Below are positions 54,490-64,000 of a stretch of DNA of 64,000 nt, piece by piece; position 1 is the first letter of the stretch, and each line of letters opens with the position of its first letter. The notes under the pieces are model-generated. The model was given only the letters and a program-made list of their open reading frames with translations. It did no database searches and was not told the origin of the DNA. Position numbers and translations under genes: made by a program. Origin of the DNA: Amoebidium appalachense (lineage: Eukaryota; Protista; Ichthyosporea); assembly GCA_963693365.1 (NCBI GenBank), contig CAVNZM010000002.1:5658259-5722258 (forward strand), read 5' to 3'.

Positions 54490-54667
54490 ACCACCACCAC
54501 CACCCAAAAAAAAAAAAAAAAAAGGCGCGCACACACACGCACGCACGTGCACACACACACACACACACACACACAACACACACCGATGCCACATGCTCAC
54601 GAACACCAACCCACACAGGCACTTCCTTAACAAGCAAGCAGCAGCACCCGAGAAGCCCGGCAAGTGA
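42607..54667 (+). CDS. ATP6V1H: V-type proton ATPase subunit H; exons 42607-42664, 43361-43424, 43858-43945, 45170-45272, 46071-46217, 46881-46966, 47898-47983, 48674-48784, 49585-49669, 50504-50590, 51233-51315, 51658-51783, 52677-52778, 53514-53627, 54619-54667
   Basis: Hallmark motifs [95 protein letters not shown] and [17 protein letters not shown]. All 14 junctions are phase-consistent (intron 3 is GC-AG). Confidence 0.96.
45782..45887 (+). repeat. Copy of the ~110-nt intronic repeat family (ATP6V1H intron 4)
   Basis: GACGGGCTCTGCATTATGATGCCCACT...CTGCATTGTGT...ATGTGTCCCTCATACTCGATAACACCATCTAAG then poly-C. Confidence 0.6.
48531..48663 (+). repeat. Copy of the intronic repeat family ending at the likely branch point of ATP6V1H intron 7
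   Basis: TTATGATGCACACTCTTTG...CTGCAATGTGTTATCC...GTAATTCGTACTCTGTAACCCGTTCTAAC; TTCTAAC at 48655-48661, acceptor AG at 48672-48673. Confidence 0.65.
52942..53030 (+). repeat. Copy of the intronic repeat family (ATP6V1H intron 13)
   Basis: GAGGATGGGCTTTGCTTATTATG...TTGTGTTGTCC...GAATACGTACTTCGG...ATAACACAT then poly-C. Confidence 0.6.
53705..54079. mobile_element. 375-bp MITE in ATP6V1H intron 14
   Basis: 33-bp TIRs GAG(C/T)CGCTTCGCGTTGAT(C/T)TA(A/T)ATATCTAAATA, 30/33 identical; internal hairpins at 53828-53859 and 54011-54037; flanks AAC / AAT. Confidence 0.8.
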
Positions 54668-56312
54668 GCCTAGCACCACAGCCCAGGTGCATTGCGCACC
54701 ATCAAAATGGGTGCACTGTTCAATGTCGCAGGTGTCTTTTGAGTTTAACGGGGTAGATTCACTGATGTCACATTCATGCTGTTTGTTTTATTTCCAAGTG
54801 CGCATTACTGCATGCCGTCGATGCATGCGGCACCCATGCGTCCTTCTTTTTTTGTTTTTTCTTTTCTTTAAAGGATCCTCATCACATGCACGACAATGTG
54901 TACGCGCATACTCAAAAGTTGCCAGACTAATTTTAGCATGGATGTGTTTATAGGCTTATGCAGGCATTACACAAGTGTGAGTGATACAGAGGCATATGCA
55001 TTCTGTATACCCGGTCTGGCTGTTTGTGTGCCTGGCTAATATGAGCAAAACGGTCTTGGAGGTGCGGTGTATACGTGTGCAAGGTGTTGCAGAATTCATA
55101 TGGTGTCGTTCGGCATCGCTCGACGTCGACTGTGTCAATTATACGTAAAATGCAATAAAAAAATGCACTTGTTATTGACCAAGACATCCCAAATTTAGCT
55201 CCAATGTCCTTCTTCCACCCTCTCTTTCCGCACGAATTATCGAATATATATGCAGAGGCCATATGCATGCATATGCAGGCAATGCATGTGCACTAGATTA
55301 GATATTATTCGAGCCCAAATGAAAAAAAATTGTTACCTCGTACATATTGGCGAATATCTTTGCCGCGCAGCGGCTCAGTTTTTGGCAATAAGTACGTTGT
55401 GTGTATGTACATGTACAGTATCACCCATGATCATGCTTGATGGCTCGATCATGAGTCTCAAGTGCACCCATCTGCATGTGCATGCGCATGCACCATGTGC
55501 GGCAATGGCCATGGCATCGTGTAGGTGTTTGCATGCACGTTATACATGCAGATCTGTGCACTGAGGATCATTGCACTTTATTGGCTGCTCACTCCGGCCC
55601 AGTGACACGACATGGGCTCCATGGATGCAATACAAGTTTATGTTAACGGTCATCCATCTACTACACGGCCAGTAGCCACACCCGAAACGAAACGGACAAC
55701 ATAAAGCAAATTTTTTACAAACAAGTTCGAACGGAAAACAAAACAAACCAAACATAATGATTTAATGGCACAAAAAGCTATTGGGCATGCTCTGGGCCTA
55801 AGTAGAAATGTGCAGGCCATGGCCAATATTAGGTCAACTATGTACAGTCTCCCATGTCATTGAGGAATACATTACCAGGCCTGATGCGACTATAACATAT
55901 AGGTGCGCCCAGGTACTTACATACTTACGTGCACTACTCGTACGTCCCACTGGCCACAGCTAATTAGTGGCCGGGACATGAATTTAGCGACTATTACAGG
56001 CACGGCTGGAAGGGACACCCACGAACACATCCCATCCATGCCGCCATAAGTCAAAACTTAGACCTACACACAAGTGCCATCATACACACTGTGCATGCCG
56101 ATACGTGCCAAACCAGACCCGCACATATGCCACCACATGCCCATCTTATAGGGTGCCGCACACACCTACTATTAGGACTGTGTTGGGCCGGGCTCTGGCA
56201 TGCAGGTCATGGGAGACGTGCAAGACTACAGGCAGGCTGAAGGGCACGATGTTCTGGGTGATGGCCCGGTCATTCGTCTGTGGAGGGGGTGGTGGTGAGT
56301 GCACACATGCCA

Positions 56313-56365
<53 letters not shown>

Positions 56366-56896
56366 GTGTGCGCGCGTGTGGTGTATGTGCGTGCCAGTAT
56401 TTACGTGTGTGTGTGTGTGCGTGCACGCACGGAGGGGGGGGGGAGGGGGGGGGGGAGGGGGGGGGGGGGGGGGATGTATGTGTTAAGATTGTTGGAAATG
56501 TGGATGAGGCATCAAACGACAAAACATAAACCGTCACAAAAATGACCCCCCCCCCCCCCCCCCCCCCCAGAAAAAAAAAAAGAACAGCCCTCCTCCTCCC
56601 ACCAACGTGCAGGCAGAGGACACTTGATCAGAGCCCATCATCAGGAGGGTGCTTTGCCTCCACCAAAGAATGGGGTTTCTTCTGACCTCTCCCCGGAAGG
56701 AGTGAAGGGGGGGGGGGGGGGGGGGGGGGGGAGGAGGGAGGGGAGGGGGGGGGGGGGGGGGGGGGGGAGAGCGAGAGAAAAAGAGAGAGAGAGGAATGCA
56801 GGGAATGTGTGTGTGTGTGCGTATGTACAGGGAATGTGTGTGTGTGTGCGTATGTACATTTCTATCATAGGAAGACCCCCGGGGGGGGGGGGGGGG

Positions 56897-57000
56897 GTTT
56901 GAATGCGTCAAAAAGTACGAAGTACACAAGAACAAACGGATAACACGATGCAGAATGTAAGCCATACATAAAGAGTATGCATAATAAAGAGCCCATCCTC
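56897..57000 (-). repeat. Copy of the ~110-nt repeat family
   Basis: Minus strand GAGGATGGGCTCTTTATTATGCATACTCTTT...CTGCATCGTGTTATCC...TGTGTACTTCGTACTTTTTGACGCATTCAAAC; its 3' ~26 nt are identical to 19761-19736. Confidence 0.7.
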
Positions 57001-57327
57001 GGGGGGGGGGGGGGAGATGAGAGAGCGAGAGAGAGAGAGGGTCAGGTCAATGAATGCAATGTGTGGACACACAATAGGAGGAGCCGAATTGATAACCAAC
57101 CCCCCTCCCCCCCCCTCCCCCACCCACTCTCCCCCTCCCCCCAACCCACCACCACCACCTACCCACACACAACCCAATCCCTTTTCATTCCCCTCACCAT
57201 CTTTCCCGTTTTACCAGTAAAATCTCACCCCTTCCAGTCCCCCCCCCCCCCCCAAAAAAAAAGTCACTTGATGAATGTAAATCACGCACATACACATGCA
57301 GGCACATGTACACACACACACACAGCC

Positions 57328-57379
<52 letters not shown>

Positions 57380-57800
57380 ACACACGCACACACACAAAAA
57401 AAATGCTCCTCTTTCTCCCTAATATTAGTCACTCCCTCTGCTCTCTTGTAGATGCTTTTCAACAACCCCCATACCAACAACAACACAACTCTAAAACCTA
57501 CTAATATCACCTTGCTGCAACCCCCCTCCCCCCCCCCCTCCCCCCCCCTGGGGCCGCCCAGGGGTTCCGTCCAAGAAATACCCCACCAGCCACCCTATCT
57601 GCCTTTGCTAATGTATTGGTCGTGTGCATCCACGTAGGGTGGTGTGTGTGGCTTTGGCAGCCCCCCCCCCCCCCCCCCCCCCCCCCCAAAAACCCCACCA
57701 ACATCACCACCTCCCCAACCCCCCCAACACCCCCAACACACACACACACACATACCCATCACCATCGCTAACTCCCCTCCCCTCCCTCCCCCCCCCTCCC

Positions 57801-57831
<31 letters not shown>

Positions 57832-58407
57832 AAGAAAAAGAAAGAAAGAAAGAAAGAAAGAAAGGAAGCAAGCAAGAAAGAATGAATGAAAACCACCTTC
57901 GTGCGGCCTGTGCTCTCTTTTGCCTTCCCAACCCAATCCTCCCTTCAACCCTCCCGACAGACACAATCACGAGCAGTCCACAACGAGGGACGCACCCAGG
58001 CATATAGGCACAAAACAGCAACACAGCATGCATAGCAACCCACCCACATACGCAGATGGACAGAGAGACAGGCAAACAGACACACATAAACTCCGTTACC
58101 CACAGGGAACAACAAAAGGCACATAAAAGCACGCACACAACCACACAAACAGCACAACACAGCTAAAAGTTAAAGAATCATCCAAAAATAGGGAGACAAG
58201 CATCCAGACTATCCTCAGTCACATGGAAGGCTAAAAAAGCATGCATAAAACCATGCTCAACCAGACACACACCCCAGGTCTACACACGCACGGCCACAGA
58301 AATAGGACACGTACATGCCAGGAGACAACTGCACCTACACACACACACATGCTCCGGTGTCAACAACCCCACACAAACCCATGAGCCCATTCAAGCATCA
58401 CACACCT

Positions 58408-58974
58408 TTACTCGTTCAGCTGTGTGACTGTCCACTGTGTCTGTCCGTCTGCCGGGGGGTCGAAGACAAACAGGGCGCAGTTCCCACACTTTCTCTCGCC
58501 CACATCCAGCACGTGGCACAGCGTCTTGAACACCCCCCCGTGCGCCACCACCAGCACAGGCCCAGCCTGTTGCAATGCGTCCCCCACCCCTCCCAATACC
58601 CTCTCTGTGAACTCAGCCCCCGTCTCTGCGCCCACAGGACATTCCTCCCCCCGCAACCACCGTTTGAAGCTGAACGTGTCCTCCCTAGGCCCCCCACACC
58701 GTGCACCAAAGTCCGCCTCCTTCAATCTGCCGTCTAGCGCCACACTCCTGCACCCCGCCACAGCCAGGGCCGTAGCGTGTGCGCGTGCCAGAGGGCTGGC
58801 CACCAGACTAGCCACGTTCAGGCGGGCCACGAGGGGGGCCACGTCGTGCGCCTGCCTCTCTCCCTCACTGTTGAGCGCTATGTCCCGCTGGCCCATCACC
58901 AGCCCACGGGCGTTCCACTCCGTCTCGCCATGCCGTAGGAAAAAAAAGCGCCGGAGCGCCAACCGGCCGGCCAT
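58408..58974 (-). CDS. Histidine phosphatase / phosphoglycerate-mutase family protein, intronless, bacterial-like
   Basis: FFFLRHGETEWN, G.RDIALN..G..QA, ASPLARA..TA, LKEADFG, GAET and VLVVAHGGV; clean 188-codon ORF (alternative ATG at 58983). Confidence 0.92.
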   Translation of the reverse strand: MAGRLALRRFFFLRHGETEWNARGLVMGQRDIALNSEGERQAHDVAPLVARLNVASLVASPLARAHATALAVAGCRSVALDGRLKEADFGARCGGPREDTFSFKRWLRGEECPVGAETGAEFTERVLGGVGDALQQAGPVLVVAHGGVFKTLCHVLDVGERKCGNCALFVFDPPADGQTQWTVTQLNE

Positions 58975-59383
58975 GGTATGCATATGTAGCTAGCACGGTT
59001 GGAGTGGGTGCGGCCGCAGGGTCACAGGATTAGGAGGGCCCGAGTGGCCGCGCGTGCACACGTGCGTAGGGGGGGTGGCTCGCTTTGTAGGCTTCGTGAC
59101 GGTCTGCGCTGTCTGCTGAGGTCGCAGGCCGGAGTACGTGGTGAACATGGGATGCATTGACTTGTGTAGTGCCCGGGCATGGTTTGATTGGCTCGCACTG
59201 GTAGACCTATCCTGGAATATCTCGACGTGATCTCAACCGACCCAGTGTGCTTTTGCTGCTGGGACGTGGCCAGGCTTCGAAACAAGGGCATGTGTAGTTG
59301 GATAGCGGAGGAAGCGTGTGTTGGTGGGTGAGTGTATGTGTATGTATGTGTCTCAGTAAGGTGTTTTGTTTTGTTTTTGTTTT

Positions 59384-59449
<66 letters not shown>

Positions 59450-60100
59450 GGGGGAGGTTAGAGTGCCAAACACACTGCAGGCCGGCAAAGGACACATGGC
59501 AAATGCAAACAATTAAGTATGCAACATCGGAAAAGCGCAGTATGCATGCAACATATCATGATCATAAGCGGGAGGGGGGGGGGGGGGGGGGGGGGGGCGG
59601 GGGAGTGGGGGGGAGGAGGAGAGGGGACCGGGGGAGGCAAATATATCTGTCATATATATGGCGTCATGTATATTTCAGCCACGAACAATGTGGCCTGCCC
59701 ACAGGGCCAGCCTTGCAACACGTGTAGATCTAGATGCATACCTGCAGTATATTTTCTAGTGCCCTAATCGGTATTCAGCCTGCCTGAAAAACGCTTAGTC
59801 GACTATGCGCATTTGTGTCACCATAGCCAATAGAGCTGCCCCTGCCCCTGCCATGCTGTAACCAGTGCAGCAGCCCTCATTAATTCGATGCATGTACTTA
59901 TCCATGGTCAGCGTACAACCCCCCCCCCCCCCAAACACACACACACACACACAAGCATACACACACACCTCCCCTCCTCCCTGTACCGACAGCCCCTTCC
60001 GTATCTCTCCATTCGCAAACAGGGACTCATTAAACGGCACAGAAGTACCAAGCTGCACTTAAGTTGCATACAAAGCACATTTTCATGGGAAAAAACATCC

Positions 60101-60131
<31 letters not shown>

Positions 60132-60246
60132 AAAAAAAAAACCTCACAACCAATCTGCTAGTCTGCTAAAGGCTATGAATCGGACCCCACAATCCACACA
60201 CTGTAAGGCTTAGCAATGCCCGCAGGCAGCCCTTAGGCGGCATATT

Positions 60247-60312
60247 TTAGCCCCAGGCCTCCGTTGTGCAGTAGTAGATGTCCAGCGCATTGTCTGTCGC
60301 AAAAAGCTGTGT

Positions 60313-60343
<31 letters not shown>

Positions 60344-61308
60344 CATGTATGTGTGTGTGCGCGCGCGTGTGTATATGTGTGTGTGTGTGTGTGGAGCATG
60401 GGAAAGGGAGGGACGTCAAAATGATACAGCCCAAGGAAACGCACTAAGACCATAAAAATCACACATGCACACGCAGAAGGTTGGCAGAGAGGGGGAGAAG
60501 GATGTGCATGCAAGTACATGTGTACTAGTGTGTGTGTGTGTGTGTGTGCGCAAGCACCCATGTGTTGGCGCACGTGTAAGCTCGTGTATTTTCTTTCGTT
60601 TTTGTGAGTCCAAGTTTTCTTTTTCTTCCCCCCCCCCCCCCCCCCAAATTTTTTTTGGGGGGGTTTTCAATGCACACAGACACGGGGGCGGGGGGGGGGT
60701 TCAATGTGCACAGGCAGGGGGAGGGGTTCAATGCACACAGGGGGGATTCAATGCGCATATAGGGGGGGGGGTTCAATGCACACAGGCAGGGGGGTTCAAT
60801 GCACACAGGGGGGTTACCTTAAACAGGTTGCGCACTATCTCGTCTGGAGATGGACTGAAGGCCTGGTTTATGTAGCAGAACTTTTTTTTTTTTTTGGGGG
60901 GGGGGGGGGGCGGGGGGGGGGGAGGGAAGGGGGGGTCAGAATGCGTCCAAGTACGAAGTACAAATTCACGGCAGACAACACAATGCTGAATATAAATTAC
61001 ACACAAAGATTATGCATAATAAGCAAAATCTATCCCCATGGTAGGGGATGAAAGAGGAGCAGGAGGGGTGGGGGGGGAGGGGGGGGGGGGGGGGGGGGGG
61101 GTTAGTGTCAAACCCACACAGAACTCTGTTCGGATGCAGACGAACCAGACACTACCTGAGACATGTTCGTTAGGAATGTGTACTCTTACCGACACACATG
61201 CACACCTGCAGCACGACAACCATGTGCACACAATCATGCAAAAACAAGCACACATAAATGCATGCACACACACACGTACAGGTATGCAAATACGGCAGCC
61301 ACACTCAT

Positions 61309-61384
<76 letters not shown>

Positions 61385-62504
61385 GTAACACATGCACACA
61401 CACACACCTGCACATCTACAAAACCTAAAGCTATCCACGTGGTGCTATACACAGCTCCCATGAATGAAAACGTTCTTTTTTCTTGTAATGCATGTGCATT
61501 ATAAGCCCACCAACACGGTGGCCTAACTCTGTTTCGGCTATCGACTTGGGCAATGTATCCTCACGATCGTGCAAAGACCGGACACGAATGACACACACAC
61601 GAGACACAAATGTTGCATTTCGGGTGCAGGCACATGTGTAGAGTGTACCGGGTGTTGTGCATGGTTATGCAGAAATACATGCAATGGTATGCGCGTGGTG
61701 CATACATGGCTAGTGTGCACGTGCATGCAAGCAGGCACGTGCATACATGACCTGTGCACACATGCATGCATACAATGTATGAGCGTGCATGTATATATGC
61801 CTGCTGTCTGCACGTGCACACATGCATGCCTGGCATGCCACGTACATGCATGCATGGCTGGTGTTTGCATACGTCGTGCTTGCATGACAAGTGTGCATGT
61901 GCGTGCATCCATAACTTATATGCACGTGCATGCACATGGCAGAGTGTGTGGGTGTGTGCGTCGTGGCGCGTGCATGGGTGGCTGAGTGGGTGTGTAAATG
62001 TAACGTAGTGTGTGTATGTGTGCACGGCACGCGCGCGCGAGCAACTGCCCGTGTGGGCGGTGTGTGACTTTGTGTGCGTGGGGGGGGGGGGGGGGGGGGG
62101 GGGGGTTAGCTGGGTGAGTATGCATGGCCTGTTTGCAAGTGCATGCCACGTGAGCACACGCGTAGGCGTGTCACGTGCATGCACTTGCATGCCTGTATCC
62201 ACGTGCATGCCTCCTGTGTGCAGGTGCATGCATGTGTGTATGTGTGTGCCTGGCCTACCAGCTGCTCTCTCTGGCTGAACTTGAGCTGCTTCCTCAGGAA
62301 GTCGATGATGGCCTGGAACTGCTCTGCGGCTGTGATCTTGAACTTGTTCTGCTTCATGATCGGCGCATTCCCCACCGCACGGAACCGCACAATAACTGCA
62401 AAAAACCCCTCAGTCTGCCACCCAGCCAGCCACCACCAACACATGGTTCCAATCAAGCCCCCATATCCTCTCCACCCCCCCCCCTCGCCCCCCTCCTCCC
62501 TCCC

Positions 62505-62543
<39 letters not shown>

Positions 62544-62710
62544 CCCCCCACCAAAAAAAAACAAAAACAAAAAAGACACAAACAAAAACACCTCGGCCAC
62601 ATCTCGAACAAGCAGTAACCGTGCCTCCAGGCACTATTCCTCTGTCTTATTTGTTTGCTGCATAACTTAAAATCCCCTGCCGGTGGTCCTGTATTGTCCT
62701 ACCACTGCCC

Positions 62711-62758
<48 letters not shown>

Positions 62759-63503
62759 CCAAAAAAAAGGGGGGGGGGAGGGGGGGGGGGGGGGGGGGGA
62801 GAGGGAAAGGAGAGGGGGCATAAAAAGAAAAAAAAAAGCCTCCCCGCCTGCACATGTGAGCACACACACACGAACACCCCCACCAACATCACCACCACCA
62901 CTTGCACATACACAGATCTCCCAAAGAGCGTGCCATGTACATGCCTGCACACCCCACACCCACATACCACCCACACGCATCTGCATACCACCCACCCCTC
63001 CACCTACATACCATGCCAACCACATGCTTGCACACGTAGCCTCCCGACCCATTCCATATCATACCACACACACACGTATGTGTGCACACACTGGATACAC
63101 GCCACACCCCGACGACCAAGAGCAAGCATGCCAGCAGGCAAGCAGCGCCGAACATAGAACATGTGTGCATTGCACCACCCACCCACCGTTATACCAGCCA
63201 ACAGAGACTCAGGCACACGGACTGCCCCCAGGGGCACATGTGCACACATACACACACACACACCCATACACCGAGGCACCAACACCCGTACACGTGCACA
63301 CACACACAAAACATCTTCCCCCCCCCCCTCCCACCCCCCAATTCCCCTTAAAAAAAAAGAACACACATACCCTTGTCCTCGGGGGACACCTTCTTCTTTG
63401 GCTGTGCCGGTGGTCTAGTGATTGTTGCTGTGGTGCTCATGCTGCTGGTGGTCGTGTCCAGGGGTGCCGGCTGGCCCACGGCCTTGCCCTCTGAATCCCC
63501 CAT
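60247..63503 (-). CDS. ATG12: Ubiquitin-like autophagy protein ATG12; exons 63503-63371, 62395-62259, 60880-60818, 60306-60247
   Basis: KVIVRFRAVGNAPIMKQNKFKI...IIDFLRKQLK...LFCYINQAFSPSPDEIVRNLFKLF...YYCTTEAWG* with terminal Gly; phase-consistent GT-AG introns. Confidence 0.96.
60660..60815. repeat. Minisatellite, about 6 x GGGGTTCAATGCACACAG(GCAG), at the 5' end of ATG12 intron 3
   Basis: TTCAATG core at about 60666, 60700, 60727, 60747, 60772 and 60795. Confidence 0.85.
60931..61037 (-). repeat. Copy of the intronic repeat family (ATG12 intron 2, sense to gene)
   Basis: Minus strand GGGGATAGATTTTGCTTATTATGCATAATCTTTGTGTG...GCATTGTGTTGTCT...TGAATTTGTACTTCGTACTTGGACGCATTCTGAC then C-rich tract and acceptor. 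Confidence 0.7.
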
Positions 63504-63850
63504 CCTGTGCTGCAAAGTCAGAATCAAATCCACAGGCCTCAAAGAATAAACTCTCCCCCCCTCCCCCCCCCCCCCACACCCCCCCCCCTCCCTCCTCCCA
63601 ACCCAGTCCCACACACACAAAAAGGAGACAACGTGAAGACAATGCCACAGCTCGAGGTGGCTGTTTGAAATGTGTTGAAACCAGAGCGACACATGGCCAC
63701 AGACGGGGGTGGGGCCGGGGGGGGGGGGGGGGGGGAGGGGGGGGGAGAAGGGGGGAGGGGGAGCCTGTTTAAATATACGGACATAAACAACACGACAGAC
63801 ACGGTAAGGAGAAAACCCCTCCCCCCCCCCTCCCCCCTCCCCCCCCCCCC

Positions 63851-63896
<46 letters not shown>

Positions 63897-64000
63897 CACG
63901 CACAAGGGGGAAAAAAAACAAAAAAAAAAAAAAACCTTGAGTATGCAGCACAGCACATGCATAGTTCGTGCTCAAAGGGGACGCAAGCAAGCCGAGGTAG

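Overview
Eukaryotic nuclear DNA: spliceosomal introns, and introns and intergenic DNA saturated with (CA/TG)n, (TC/GA)n and poly-C/G/T/A tracts, so almost all ORF-track entries are microsatellite noise. Gene content and a C-terminal WRPW motif fit an opisthokont, possibly a unicellular holozoan (inference only). Eight protein genes were reconstructed by hand from splice sites: LENG1 (5'-partial, +), a type II membrane SGNH hydrolase with a Thr/Pro stalk (+), a THAP + ubiquitin-like + CxH-x5-CxxC protein (-), head-to-head with a RuvC-fold (Ydc2/Cce1/poxvirus A22-type) resolvase carrying a putative mitochondrial presequence (+), a C2H2 zinc-finger protein ending in WRPW (+), 15-exon V-ATPase subunit H (+, with a GC-AG intron), an intronless bacterial-like histidine phosphatase (-) and ATG12 (-). 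Three of these need a 1-nt frameshift in a homopolymer (probably assembly errors). Mobile or foreign DNA: a decayed LINE, a decayed ISL2EU-like DNA transposon (21-bp TIRs, AT flanks), a 352-bp spacer-less palindrome, a 375-bp MITE and a probable nad2 NUMT. The most unexpected signal is a ~110-nt repeat family with about 16 copies or fragments, almost all in introns and in the sense orientation of the host gene; its 3' end (TTCTRAC) appears to supply the branch point of at least one intron. All alignments were done by eye.
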